A stretch of DNA of 64,000 nucleotides from Porphyridium purpureum (Eukaryota). The translations under genes and the position numbers were made by a program. Location: the NCBI GenBank assembly GCA_008690995.1, contig VRMN01000002.1, positions 1,860,001 through 1,924,000 on the forward strand, written 5' to 3'. The notes below the pieces were generated by a model, which saw only the letters and a list, made by a program, of their open reading frames with translations, was not told the origin of the DNA and ran no database searches. Below are positions 32,088 through 43,417 of this stretch, one piece after another. Positions within the stretch are counted from its first letter, which is position 1. Each line of letters begins with the position of its first letter.

Positions 32088-32917
32088 ATCCAAATCTGCC
32101 CACACCCACGCTCACATACGCCGCTCCTCCACCATACACCCCAACATACTCCTCACACTTACTCTCACTTCCGTTTCCACTCCCACCCTCACTCCCTACT
32201 CGCGCCGTTTCCACATGCGCAAGTCATTTGCGCGCTGGCCGTTTGTATAAACGCTCCACCCCTCCGTCCTTCCTCTTCCGTCCGCTTCTCCCCCGGCCGC
32301 CGGGGAGAGGGTTGTGGGCGACATTCAAAAATCCAAGTGTCTGCTCCAACTCATGCACCGCTGCGCGCATTCACTCACGCATTCCAGTCACGTTGTCCGA
32401 TCGTTTGTCGCGGGGCGCACGTTGAATAGACCGCGCCGAAATCGCCACGAGTCGGTGGAATGAGCCGCATCGTGCCGTATCGCCACGCCGCATCGTCATG
32501 CCGCATTCCATTGTCATCGGGTGGAGCGGCGTGTGTCAGCGCCGCGCGGTGTGAAGGCGCGGCCAGCTGTACCTCGAGGTACACGCGGTCATTGCAGCTC
32601 GCGCATCGTGATCGGCGACGCACGGCGGCTGGCTATCTGTGCGCGCATGCGTGGCAGTGTGTTGGGGGAAGCGGTGTCGCCACGAGCTTTACTGCGCCGC
32701 GTCCGCGTCTGTGCCACCGGCATAACAGGCTACACTGCATCGAATCTAAGAAGAAGGAGAAGAGGAAGAAAGATGAAAATTGCGCCGGTGCGGAAGGCTC
32801 GGACAGGCGCGGCCTCGATTGGAATGGCGGAATGCCAGGACTCAGCACTTCACGCGAGTGCACTCTTTCGCTTCGTTTGTTTCTCTCTACCCGTTCCAGC
32901 ACGGTCCTAACGTGCCT

Positions 32918-33790
32918 CTATGTGGAGTTGTCGGCGGTCTCGCTGCTGTCCGTGGCGTCGTCTTCTTTGCTGTCGGACAGAATGCGTGCCAGGCGGTTGA
33001 AGAAGGGGCCCTTCTTCACAACCAGATTCTTCGCCTCCAGCTCGCCAATCTCCCACTTGACCTTGCGCATCGTCAGCCGCATGTGCTCTTCCAGTAGCTT
33101 TTGCAGTCCAGCCTCCCCAGACAGGATCTGCGCGGCCTTGCTGGACGGAATGAACTCCCGCTCCTGCCTTTCGCACACGTCCTGCACCTGCGCCTCCAGC
33201 GCGTCTCCGAACGCACCCGACGGACCCGCGATCACAACATCAATGTGGAAAAACTGCACCAGCTGCTGTACTTTATCCAAACTGCTCTCGCACGCAAGCA
33301 CTGCCTCGTTTGACAGATTTGCCGCCGTGACTGCGCTCGCGTCGCCCGCCGACGCTGGTGGCGCGCAGCAGTAGACACCACCCACGCAAGGCGTGTTTTT
33401 GACCTCCGACACTAGCGCGTTCTCCTGCTCTCCTGCACCTAGCACCAACACGCGCAACAACGGCCGTCCAGCCTCGTCCAGCGCCCACGTCGTGTATCCC
33501 CACGGCGTACGGTCCTCGGCTCCTATCGCGTACTGGTTGATCTCATTCTCGTCTTCCCAATTTGTCTTTCGCTCTGGCCTCGCGCTCACCTTTGGCGTGT
33601 CCGCCGTCCCCGTATCCGGGTCCGCGCCGACATCCGAGCCGGCGGCGCGGCAGTGCACTTGCGAAACACGCCGGCGCCGCGTCGCACGAATGCCTTCCGC
33701 AGCATCCTTCAGCCGCACAGCGCCATCCGGCACACACGCCTTGCGCTCTCCCGCTCTGATCGTACTCGGCACACACCCGACGAACGCCAT
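32918..33790 (-). CDS. Plastid-targeted protein with a GARS_N (PurD N-terminal)-like domain only
   Basis: MAFV transit start. LRVLVLGAGEQENAL...VYCCAP...IDVVIAGP resembles PurD KVLVIGSGGREHAL...APGN...IDLVVVGPE. No ATP-grasp domain follows. Confidence 0.6.
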   Translation of the reverse strand: MAFVGCVPSTIRAGERKACVPDGAVRLKDAAEGIRATRRRRVSQVHCRAAGSDVGADPDTGTADTPKVSARPERKTNWEDENEINQYAIGAEDRTPWGYTTWALDEAGRPLLRVLVLGAGEQENALVSEVKNTPCVGGVYCCAPPASAGDASAVTAANLSNEAVLACESSLDKVQQLVQFFHIDVVIAGPSGAFGDALEAQVQDVCERQEREFIPSSKAAQILSGEAGLQKLLEEHMRLTMRKVKWEIGELEAKNLVVKKGPFFNRLARILSDSKEDDATDSSETADNST

Positions 33791-33888
33791 GTAGCCAGCG
33801 AAACTTTTGCCCCACCGCCGAAACTGCCCCGAACACCCCTCCACTCCGTAATCTCGATTGCGACCCACTTTAACCATTCGCCCCAATT

Positions 33889-35130
33889 TCAATCACCGTC
33901 TTCGTCAATGCCCTCAGTGAAAAGCTGCAATCCCATGTAGAGACCTGCACACGTGAGGCAAGGGACAATGCAGAGCCACGCGTACACGCGAGCCAGGCGC
34001 TGGAAGAGCAAGAACCGGAACGCCAACGACCAGATTATGGTTACTGCGCGTATGCACTTGAAGCTGACTGAAGCCTGTGTGACGCTTCGCACCCGGGATT
34101 CCGTGACGTCGGCGGCGCGCATGAGCAAGACAGGGCCACGAAGGCATGTGTAAATCGTGAGCGCTGAAGAGACCAGCCATACTATAACGCTCCAATTCAA
34201 GTGCGTGCCCATGAGCGCCAACAGCTGCTGCTGTTCCTCCAAAGCGGGCGGGCCTGCGCCGTCGCACAAGTCGAAAGAAGAGGGCTGTGTGTCCATAAAT
34301 GCACGGAGCACTACAAAGGAAATGTACAAACACAAGCCCGCACACTCAGAAATGATCCCCGCTTCAGACCATAATGTACCCAGCACCGCCAAACACACCA
34401 AACTTGCCAAAACCGACGCCGTGCGAGGCGCATGAAACGCCGTCCACAACATGTATATCATTCCTGCAGTGGCGCACGCCGCCATTGTGCTAGGAACCAG
34501 GATTCCAAGCTTCCACAGAACAGCCTCAGCCTCAGCGTCACCGGCTGACGCCCGTTCTTCGCTCTCCGAGATTCGCTTTGACGCCAATCGACTCCCGTAC
34601 ACAATGTCAAGCACGAGGCACACGGGCTCGGCCAGCAACATGACGATGCACGCAACAGCAACCACGCACAGATTGAAGGCGTACACAAGCTGCGTCCATC
34701 CGCGTAGCGAAGGCAACGGACTTTTTGAGGGTGCCAATGAAGGAACGTACCTCACGAGGAACGAATCCAGAGGTTGTGGTAGATGCGAGTTGAGCAGTGA
34801 CGAAAAGCCAGACACCAGCATGCTCAGCTGGAGTGAGCGAACCAAAAATGACCACACAGGTGATAGCATCTGTAAGCCCGCAGCAGTGGTGTTAGCACCT
34901 GCGCCACCAGCATCCCCGTTGTCACCGACGTAAAAGACGCACAGCAGCAGAGGCAGAAGCGCGTATGCGCTCATGATTCCTGCCACGTGCAGCACGAGCG
35001 CATGCGTCTCCGCAACTTGCACGCACGGCGACTGCAGTGCCGCCTGCACGAACATCAGCACGGCCGCCGGCGCGCTCGCCGCCGCGGTTTGCAGGTACCG
35101 CCATACGTCTACCACGCGGGACCGCTGCAT
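33889..35130 (-). CDS. Multi-pass membrane protein, possibly Ice2-like
   Basis: About 8-10 hydrophobic segments. LLPLLL, WKLGIL..S and GIISECAGLCLYI are reminiscent of ER protein Ice2 (weak, by eye). Confidence 0.55.
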   Translation of the reverse strand: MQRSRVVDVWRYLQTAAASAPAAVLMFVQAALQSPCVQVAETHALVLHVAGIMSAYALLPLLLCVFYVGDNGDAGGAGANTTAAGLQMLSPVWSFLVRSLQLSMLVSGFSSLLNSHLPQPLDSFLVRYVPSLAPSKSPLPSLRGWTQLVYAFNLCVVAVACIVMLLAEPVCLVLDIVYGSRLASKRISESEERASAGDAEAEAVLWKLGILVPSTMAACATAGMIYMLWTAFHAPRTASVLASLVCLAVLGTLWSEAGIISECAGLCLYISFVVLRAFMDTQPSSFDLCDGAGPPALEEQQQLLALMGTHLNWSVIVWLVSSALTIYTCLRGPVLLMRAADVTESRVRSVTQASVSFKCIRAVTIIWSLAFRFLLFQRLARVYAWLCIVPCLTCAGLYMGLQLFTEGIDEDGD

Positions 35131-35289
35131 GCGGGCGTCCTGCGCGAGACTAAATCCTTCAGGTTTACTGCCTTACGCGAGTTGGACTCCAGCCTTCCTG
35201 TTATTCGATCATGAACCCGTGCGCGTGGCCTTGTCGCACCCGCGCAATTCGCGACATCGTTTCGGAAAGGGACAGACGGGGGAAAACGT

Positions 35290-37809
35290 TTAATGGTTTG
35301 GAACAACTCGAAGACCGCCCGCACCTGACTCACTTGATTCAGTGACAACATGAACTGTCTCGTGGTTGAGAATATCGCCCTTTAGCAGGCAGCTGGCCAG
35401 CGGCTGCAAAATATGGCGCTGGATGAGCCGGTTGAGGGGCCGCGCGCCATACATGGGGTCATACCCATTCTCGGCCAGCCATGCCTCGGCATCTGGCGAC
35501 AAATCCAGAGCAAGATCGCGCTGCTTGATCAGTTGGCGGAGCTGTGCGATCTGCACTTGCACCACGCCAAGCATGTCTTCGCGCGACAGCCGATGGAACA
35601 GCACCACATCGTCCAGACGGTTGATAAATTCAGGTGGCAACGCCGCGCGAACTTCAGCCATCACGATTTCTTTGGCTGCATCCGAGTCGGTGTCGGAGGG
35701 CAACTGTGCGAGGAAGGACGCACCCAGGTTACTTGTCATAATCACGATCGTATGCGAAAAATCGACCGTACGGCCTTGTCCGTCTGTGAGCCTACCGTCG
35801 TCTAGCAACTGCAAGAGCGTCGTCGCGACCACTGGATGTGCCTTTTCAAATTCATCCAGCAACACGATTTGATACGGGCGTCGCCGCACCGACTCGGTCA
35901 GTTGGCCGCCTTGGTCGTAACCTACATAGCCTGGTGGTGCGCCAAGCAGGCGCGACACTGTGTGCCGCTCTGAATATTCGCTCATATCAATGCGAACCAT
36001 CGCGCGCTCATCGTCGAACAAGAACTGAGCCAACGTTTTGGCAAGCTGGGTCTTCCCACAACCCGTGGGGCCAAGAAATAGAAATGAACCGATCGGTCGC
36101 GACGTCCCGTGCAAACCTACACGGTTCAGGCGCACTGCGTTGCTCACTGCACTGATCGCTTCGTACTGCCCGATCACACGCTGCCGCAACGCGTCTTCCA
36201 TGGTCAAAAGCTTGGTAGTTTCGCCCTGCTGTAGGTTCTGCAACGGAATACCCGTCGTCTTGCTGATCACCCCCAGAACATCAAGCTCCGATACAGAGTC
36301 TGGCACCAGCGTTGAACCCGCTCCATCTTCCCGGCCGGCCCCTATCGCAGCCGTATCCGTCGCTGCTACGCGCGCGAGCTTTTTCTCCAAGTCAGGAATG
36401 ATTCCATACGTAAGCTCAGCAGCACGTTGCAAATCACTGCCCGTGCGGCGCAGGGTCTCAAGCTCCAGCCGCGCCTTTTCCAAGTCTTTCCGCAGACCCT
36501 TTGTCTCTGAAATTGCGCTGCGCTCTTGCGTCCAGCGTTCCATCAGTGCGCTGCGCTGTTCAGTGATACGTTTGATGTCGCGCTTGCATTCGTCCAGCCG
36601 GGTCCGACTCGCTGCATCCGTTTCCTTGCTCAGTGCATTCTCCTCGATTCGCAGCGAGATCAGTGCTCGGTCGAGATCGTCGATTGACTCCGGTTTGCTT
36701 TCTTGCTGCATTTTCAGGCGAGATGCGGCTTCGTCCACAAGATCAATGGCCGAGTCTGGCAGCTTCCTTTCCGTCATGTACCGGTGGGCGTTCACCGCAG
36801 CGGCGACCAGTGCGCGGTCGGTGATGCGCACGCCATGGTGGATCTCGTAGCGCTCTTTGAGGCCTCGCAAAATGTTGATGGTGGACTCTACCGAAGGCTC
36901 AGCCACGTACACAGGCTGGAAGCGGCGCGCGAGCGCAGCGTCCTTTTCAATGTACTTACGGTACTCATTCAGCGTTGTCGCGCCAATGCAGTGCAGCTCA
37001 CCTCGTGCAAGCGCCGGTTTGAGCATATTGGACGCATCGACAGAGCCCTCCGCCGCGCCGGCACCAACCAGCGTGTGCAGTTCGTCGATAAACAAGATCA
37101 CTTTGCCCTGTGCTTGGTCGACGTCCCGCAGTACTCCCTTGAGTCGCTCCTCGAATTCGCCGCGGAACTTGGCGCCGGCGACGAGACTACCCATATCGAG
37201 CGAGACAACGAGCTTGTTCTGCAAACTTTCAGGTACGTCCTTGGCGTGGATGCGCTGTGCGAGTCCTTCTGCCACCGCGGTCTTGCCAACGCCGGGCTCG
37301 CCGATCAGGACCGGGTTGTTCTTGGTCCTGCGGGACAAAACCTGAATTGTGCGACGGATTTCCTCCTCGCGCCCGATCACAGGGTCCAGCTTGTTCTTTG
37401 CGGCCAACTCGGTCAAATCTCTGCCATACTTTTTCAAATAATCGCCAATAGGCACTGCCTCTGGCGCGACCCAAGGCTCAGACGGGCCCTGGCCGTGCTG
37501 TTGCCTCGCGCACGCCGAAGTATGCAAAGCACGAGACTCGCGGCGCAGCCCATTCAGAGCCACACTGAGTCCTTGCTGTGAGCTTTGTGCTGCAGAAGCA
37601 CGGTACGCGAGCGCGGGCACATTCGCGGGCGCCAGGTGTGCGCTGTAGCTCGTCCATGCGTGTGAACGACGGCGAGGCGCACCCGCATATGCACTTGCGG
37701 ACATCGACGACCATCTCGGTTGCTGCACGCTCCGCCCTCGGACACCATTTCGCCACTCGCGCACGCGCGCAAACACGCGCGAATCGCGCAGGCGCGCCGC
37801 CAACCACAT
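35290..37809 (-). CDS. clpB: ClpB/Hsp78 disaggregase, probably mitochondrial (no Clp N-domain)
   Basis: [64 protein letters not shown]. Arg/Ser/Ala-rich presequence from ATG 37809. Confidence 0.96.
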   Translation of the reverse strand: MWLAARLRDSRVFARVREWRNGVRGRSVQQPRWSSMSASAYAGAPRRRSHAWTSYSAHLAPANVPALAYRASAAQSSQQGLSVALNGLRRESRALHTSACARQQHGQGPSEPWVAPEAVPIGDYLKKYGRDLTELAAKNKLDPVIGREEEIRRTIQVLSRRTKNNPVLIGEPGVGKTAVAEGLAQRIHAKDVPESLQNKLVVSLDMGSLVAGAKFRGEFEERLKGVLRDVDQAQGKVILFIDELHTLVGAGAAEGSVDASNMLKPALARGELHCIGATTLNEYRKYIEKDAALARRFQPVYVAEPSVESTINILRGLKERYEIHHGVRITDRALVAAAVNAHRYMTERKLPDSAIDLVDEAASRLKMQQESKPESIDDLDRALISLRIEENALSKETDAASRTRLDECKRDIKRITEQRSALMERWTQERSAISETKGLRKDLEKARLELETLRRTGSDLQRAAELTYGIIPDLEKKLARVAATDTAAIGAGREDGAGSTLVPDSVSELDVLGVISKTTGIPLQNLQQGETTKLLTMEDALRQRVIGQYEAISAVSNAVRLNRVGLHGTSRPIGSFLFLGPTGCGKTQLAKTLAQFLFDDERAMVRIDMSEYSERHTVSRLLGAPPGYVGYDQGGQLTESVRRRPYQIVLLDEFEKAHPVVATTLLQLLDDGRLTDGQGRTVDFSHTIVIMTSNLGASFLAQLPSDTDSDAAKEIVMAEVRAALPPEFINRLDDVVLFHRLSREDMLGVVQVQIAQLRQLIKQRDLALDLSPDAEAWLAENGYDPMYGARPLNRLIQRHILQPLASCLLKGDILNHETVHVVTESSESGAGGLRVVPNH

Positions 37810-38196
37810 CGCTTCCAACACGTGTTCCTGAATGCGAGCAACTTGACCCGTCCTCCTTGCTGCCTCGTCGCGCAAAACGCCAACTCAACCCCAGCGCTAT
37901 GCAATCATAAAGCAGACGCGCGCATGCCGGCGTGCGCAGCACCCATCAACACACTCAGACACACATAACACAGGCCTTGCTGGCACTCTTGCTCTCGCAG
38001 TCTTTCTCCGTACAGCCCCATCCATCCAATCGCAACCGAGAATCTGCCCTCCTCCCCTTACACATGCGTCTCCCGAGTAAACCGATAGACCAATAAACCG
38101 GGAAACCGGTAAAAAGGACCACTCTAGATTCGTCTTCTATGTGCCAGCCACGCCTAGCTTCTTCTAGAATGAGCGCGCTTTAGTAGTAACTACATC

Positions 38197-38230
38197 GGAC
38201 GGATGGACGGACGGACGGACGGACAGATGG
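38197..38230. repeat. (GGAC)n tetranucleotide microsatellite
   Basis: ggacggatggacggacggacggacggacagatgg in the divergent clpB/psb31 spacer. Confidence 0.9.
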
Positions 38231-38832
38231 AATGGCGCGGCCACAGTGCGAGTCAGCAAGACGATGTGACAAGACTTGTGCGCATGGGATCGCCACCGTG
38301 CAACCGCAAATGCGCGCGTGCACGAGTCTTCCCAAACGCGGCGAGACCAGGCAGCGCATGCCTGAGCGAGCAACGGCCACCGTCGTCCAGCTGGCGCCAA
38401 CTCATGTCCTGCTTCTGATCGCTCGTCCGCCGCACCCACGCACTGTGCTCAGGCGGATCTTCGTAGCCGATTCCTTATCGGTTCGGCTCGTCGGATGCGA
38501 CGTGGTTCCTTATGGACGGACCACGTTTGCTATGAGGGTGTACAGCGTTAATGTACAGTGCTTCCAAGAGTGAAAGGGAGTGGCCGAGATCGAGGGTTGT
38601 GGTAGATGAGGCAGGAACGATAAAGGTGCTAGTGATTTGGGCCTATTTTGATAGGAAATTGTGTGGGGGAGATTCTGGAGTCGCGGGGGAGCGCAGACTT
38701 GTTGCGAGAGGTGGTGAACGGAACGACAAGCGAGCAAGCGAGAGAGAGAGAGAGAGTGTGTGTGTTTGTTTGTGGGTGGGGATCTGGAGAGTGTGGAGAG
38801 AGTGTGTGTCTGTGATAGGTAGAGGTTGCAGG

Positions 38833-39474
38833 ATGGCGTTTGTGAATGGCGTGGTGCCCGTGGCGGCGTCAGCGAGCGTGCACCGGAGGGCGGTATGCGT
38901 GCGCATGTCGGAACAGGACGCCGCGCTGAGCCGGCGCGCCGTGCTGGGTCTGGCGGGATCGGCCGCCGCCGCGCTCGCGCTCGCTGCTGCGCCAATCTCC
39001 CCGGCTCTTGCCGACGGAGCTGTTTCGTCGGCGACAAAGTACCGCGCACGTAACCTTTATGGCTCCCGCATCTTCGACGCCGCGCCCATGATCGAGAAGC
39101 TGGTGGCCGCCGTGAACGCAAAGAACTGGGATACCGTGGAGTCCATCGTCGGGAAGAAGGGGCCCCTGGAAGATCTCAAGAACTCTTTCACCCTTTTTGC
39201 CACAGGCGCGTACCCGACCGATAAGCTCGTGCAGACCGATCTGATTGGAAACACCGCGGTCATCTACGAAATGGCCGGCATCCTCCGCAAGGCCGCTGAT
39301 CAGCAGGACCAAAAGAAGGCACTCAAGGCCGTGAATGAGCTGGTGAAGTCTTACAAGGAATACCTCGCCGCAGGAGAGCTTAAGGAAAATCCGTTCGCGG
39401 ATGCGCCCGGACAGGCGTGGTCTGGCGACTTTTCTCCGCTCCGAAAGACAGGAAAGTCGCCCTACATCGAGTAA
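38833..39474 (+). CDS. psb31: Photosystem II extrinsic protein Psb31 homologue
   Basis: MAFV transit peptide, twin-Arg SRRAVL...ALA lumen signal, mature DGAVSSAT..RAR..YG.RI, KNSF.LF..GAYP and GQ.WSGDF, all matching diatom Psb31 as recalled. Confidence 0.85.
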   Translation: MAFVNGVVPVAASASVHRRAVCVRMSEQDAALSRRAVLGLAGSAAAALALAAAPISPALADGAVSSATKYRARNLYGSRIFDAAPMIEKLVAAVNAKNWDTVESIVGKKGPLEDLKNSFTLFATGAYPTDKLVQTDLIGNTAVIYEMAGILRKAADQQDQKKALKAVNELVKSYKEYLAAGELKENPFADAPGQAWSGDFSPLRKTGKSPYIE

Positions 39475-39825
39475 CACGTTGGGGAAACCCTACCAGCTGT
39501 CTTGCTGGCTCGGCCGGTGTCACGTAGACGCGGTGTCTTATAAGCGTCTAATGTGCAAACGAGGTTTCATCTCGAAAGTAAACACTGCAAGTACAACTAC
39601 CCTTGCGCATGCTATCCACTTCGAGCCTGCAAGAGACAATTGTCCAATATCTTTGTTTATTCGTACATGCATCGGGTCGTCTGGCTGCTCACATAACACG
39701 CATTCTGTGCGACCTCCGACAAGAGCCGCTACAGATGACGACACGTTTGAACCACAAGCTTTACTGAAGGATTTCTGAGAGGTACTTTTCGTCACGTCCA
39801 TGCTCTGGTCGGCCGGGCCACTCTT

Positions 39826-42183
39826 TCACTTCTTCGGTGCCTTTGTCGCAGCAGATGCCTTGGCATCCTTTCCGCCAGCCACTGATTTCGCTTCTTTTCC
39901 GGTTTCTGATTTTGCTGGCTCATGCACACCGTTGACTGCCGGTGCCGCGGCAGGTGTGGTGCCAGTCTTCGCGCCTGTGGCGAGCGTTTCGTCAACAGTC
40001 CCAATCGGTTTCTCCGGTCCGCCCACCGGAGCTACTTGGACACCCATGTCTGGCTCATCGTCCGCCACCTCTCCCTCCATCTGGAAGCAATAATACATCT
40101 GGCACGTGCGCGCCGGCATGAATAACTGCAGAGAGTGAGGGCGATTGTTCCACGGCTGCGGTGATGTCTGATGAATGACGTCCCAGTGCACACGTCCCTG
40201 TCCGTCCACACTCCATGCATCCGAGTCCAAGACACACTTGTACTTGCCTGGCCAGTACGTACCGATGCGGTAGTCCGAATAGCTTTTGCAGGGATGAAAG
40301 TTGAACACGAGCAAAAGTCGCTTCCCGCGTTCAACCACAATCACCTTGTCGTCATTGCGGTTAAGCACGACCCACTGGTGCATATTCGGACGGCAGAACG
40401 GATATTTGGTCTCGGCTTCGTACATGAGGCGCTCCCATTCGAGCAGGAACTTGTAGCGGTGGTCCTTGCTGAAGGCCAAATCCCAGCGCCGGCGCGCGTG
40501 GGTGTAGCTCCACCCGTTTCCTTCGCGCGGGAAGTCAATCCACTCTGGGTGCCCAAACTCGTTACCCATAAATGTTAGGTAGCCTTCGCCGCCCAGGCAG
40601 AAGGTGACGAGGCGCATCATCTTGTGGAGCGCAAGACCGCGCTCAACCACAGGCGTGGGCCACCTCTCCGTGCCCATGTTGTAGTACATTTCGGCGTTCA
40701 TAAGCCACATGGCCAGTGTCTTGTCACCCACCAGTGCCTGGTCGTGCGATTCGCAGTACCCAATCGTCTTTTCGTTCCAGCGGCGGTTGGTCAGCGTATG
40801 CGTAATGTCGCCCATGTCCCAGTCCCAGTCAGACTTGGTCTCCAAAATCTGAATCCACTTGTCTGGAATGCTCATAGCCAGGCGGTAGTCAAAGCCAAGC
40901 CCGCCTTCCTCGACGGGGCGGCACAGCGTGGGCATACCGGAAACGTCCTCCGCAATGGTCACGACGACCTTCGGATACAGCGTGTGCACCATCTCATTCG
41001 CTAGCATCATGTAGACGCATGCCTCAACGTCGACATGGTAACCAAAGTACTCGTTGTAGTCACCCGTGAAGCAGTACCCAATGCCGTGATGCTTGTACAA
41101 CATGCTTGTCACGCCATCAAAGCGGAAGCCGTCAAAGTGGTACTCCTCGATCCAGAAACGCAAGTTGCTGAGCAGGAAGCGCATGACTTCCCACTTGCCA
41201 TAGTCAAAACAGCGGCTGTCCCACATCGAGTGGTAGCCTGCCGCGCCGCCGTGGAAGTACAGGTGATCCGTGCCGTCAAACATGGAGAGGCCGTCCATCG
41301 CGTTCGAACTTGAGTGCGAGTGCACCACGTCCATCAGCACCTGCAACTTGTACTTGTGGCAGGTGTCAACCAAATACTTGAGGTCCTCCGGTGTGCCCGA
41401 GCGGCTGGACGCGCCGAAAAAGTTTGTCACGTGGTAACCAAACGAGGCATAGTACGAATGCTCCATAATGGCCATGAACTGCACTGCCGTGTAGCCCGTC
41501 CTGGCGATGTGTGGTACGACATTGTCGGCAAACTCGCGATAGCTGCCGACCTTTGGGTCGTTCGAGCCCATGCCGACGTGGCATTCGTAAATGCGCATGC
41601 TGTCTGGAATCTCGACGTGCGCGGGGTGCTCCCACTGGTACGTCCACTCAGGCGCCGGATTCCAGTACACGCAGTCGTAGAGCACGGTTTCTGGGTTTTG
41701 CATGAAAAAAGTGCCGTACGCCGGGTTGCGATCCAGGCTCATGCCGCCGTGTGTGATGATGACTGTCTTGACGCGCGTCGAATGCGGAATGCCCTCTGGC
41801 AGAAAGATTTCCCAGACGCCAAACCCGTCCTTGCTCATGCCGTGCGAACGCCTGTTCCAGCCATTAAAGTCTCCGGTGAGGTACATTTCCTTTGCGGCCG
41901 GAGCCCACTCGCGATACACGACGCCGTCGCCCTGCTTGTTAAAGCCGAGCTTCTTGTAGCCCATCGAAAACTGGTCCAGGCCGCCCTCATTGTCCTCGAT
42001 GGCCTTCTTCATTTCCAGGTAGCGAGCGTAGCGGTACCTGAGCGCGTCCTGCCATCCTTCCAGATGGCGATCCTCTGCAATGACGCGCGTGCCATCGGTC
42101 TGCTTGCTCCAGTACGCGACGTGCTCGTCCACCTGCTCGACGCCCGCGTACTCGTGCTCCACCAGCTCGCTGGACGCCGCCAT
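39826..42183 (-). CDS. SBE: 1,4-alpha-glucan (starch/glycogen) branching enzyme, GH13_8
   Basis: YREWAPAA, IYECHVGM, YYASFGYHVTNFF, DVVHSH, FDGFRFDGVTSMLY, IAEDVSGMP, ESHDQALVGDKT. No transit peptide. Confidence 0.97.
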   Translation of the reverse strand: MAASSELVEHEYAGVEQVDEHVAYWSKQTDGTRVIAEDRHLEGWQDALRYRYARYLEMKKAIEDNEGGLDQFSMGYKKLGFNKQGDGVVYREWAPAAKEMYLTGDFNGWNRRSHGMSKDGFGVWEIFLPEGIPHSTRVKTVIITHGGMSLDRNPAYGTFFMQNPETVLYDCVYWNPAPEWTYQWEHPAHVEIPDSMRIYECHVGMGSNDPKVGSYREFADNVVPHIARTGYTAVQFMAIMEHSYYASFGYHVTNFFGASSRSGTPEDLKYLVDTCHKYKLQVLMDVVHSHSSSNAMDGLSMFDGTDHLYFHGGAAGYHSMWDSRCFDYGKWEVMRFLLSNLRFWIEEYHFDGFRFDGVTSMLYKHHGIGYCFTGDYNEYFGYHVDVEACVYMMLANEMVHTLYPKVVVTIAEDVSGMPTLCRPVEEGGLGFDYRLAMSIPDKWIQILETKSDWDWDMGDITHTLTNRRWNEKTIGYCESHDQALVGDKTLAMWLMNAEMYYNMGTERWPTPVVERGLALHKMMRLVTFCLGGEGYLTFMGNEFGHPEWIDFPREGNGWSYTHARRRWDLAFSKDHRYKFLLEWERLMYEAETKYPFCRPNMHQWVVLNRNDDKVIVVERGKRLLLVFNFHPCKSYSDYRIGTYWPGKYKCVLDSDAWSVDGQGRVHWDVIHQTSPQPWNNRPHSLQLFMPARTCQMYYCFQMEGEVADDEPDMGVQVAPVGGPEKPIGTVDETLATGAKTGTTPAAAPAVNGVHEPAKSETGKEAKSVAGGKDAKASAATKAPKK

Positions 42184-43417
42184 CCTCGACCTTCTGGCTC
42201 GAGATCCAACCAGTCCGTCCACTCCCTCCCACCTCCACCACCTTTCCCTCCCTCTCTCTACTCCCTCACCTTCCTCTCCCTGTGTCTGCTCTCTCACCTC
42301 TTTTCATGCCTGCGCGCACCACCACCGCACGCTTCATCCACGCTACACCTCCAGTGCCAGACGTTTTTTTTTTTTTTTTTTTTTTTTTCCACGCCTGCCT
42401 GCATCACCACCCACACGTAGCCGCCAGGGTTCCATCGCCAAATCACAAAACACACCCATTTGCATACACGCGCCGCCCTTGGTGGTGCGCGTTGGCCCCG
42501 CGCTCCAAGCCGCTTGCATCGTAGCGCGGTTCTGGCGTCCGAGAATCTCCACGTGTGGCGCAGCTGTACTGAGACGCTCGATCCTGTCGATAACCCCGCA
42601 CAATCGCATGACGTTGGCATGACGCATGCATTCTCATATCGCTCTCTATACAAATACACTCATGGACATACAACACCGATCGATCGTACTGTCCACCCTC
42701 GATCGCCTCTCCACTTTGGCCCTGTTTGGGTAAGTGTGTTTCTTTGGTATGCCCTTTTCCAACCCACAAAACTTGGATCATGTCGTTTCTTACCACACAG
42801 AATGTACAACAAAATCGTGTGTCGAATCGAAAAAGTTCGGTGATTGAACCCTTACCAAGTTCTGTCTAAATGAGATTGTTTTAATAAGATACAAACACAC
42901 GCGACGATTCGGGGTTTGACGTTGGAGATATATGCCGTTCCGGGTGTTTTGGTGGTTGGTTCGTGGTTGGGTTTTTGGGGGGGGGGATGAAATGAAGATG
43001 ACTGGGGGTACAGTGGTGGCTCGATACATGTGGGTTTGAGGGTGTGTTTGTAGAGGTGTGTGTACACTGTGTCTGCCGTTACGCGAGGGCGCACGGTACA
43101 GCTGGTGTTTGGCGCAGAGAACGCCGCTCGCGCGCGGGCGCGTTTTCATCTCGCGGCGGTCCGAGCGCAAAGCGGCAGGCTGGTGGGGTTGCTGGCGGTG
43201 GATGTGCGTGGATGATGTGAACGTGCGGCGATGTGGCATAGTGAAACGAGAGATTCGAGAGAACAAGGATACATGGACAAGGAGGGAAAGCAAGAGGCGA
43301 GAGAGAGATAAAGTTACAGAGGTGTGGGCGTGAGTGGCCTAGTTCTGTCCGTTTGCTGGCAAGGCGAAAGTGGACATCGTGACTGAACGACATTGCGTCG
43401 TCTTTGCACGTAGCACT

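Noticed and set aside
31303..32429. Long plus-strand ORFs (315 and 364 aa), and similar long antisense ORFs at 18849-19805, 28801-29757, 36703-37581 and 41314-42420
   Set aside because: They are antisense shadows of well-supported GC3-rich genes and carry no recognisable motifs.
42364..42388. Poly-T run upstream of SBE
   Set aside because: A simple homopolymer with no retroposon body or target-site duplication evident.
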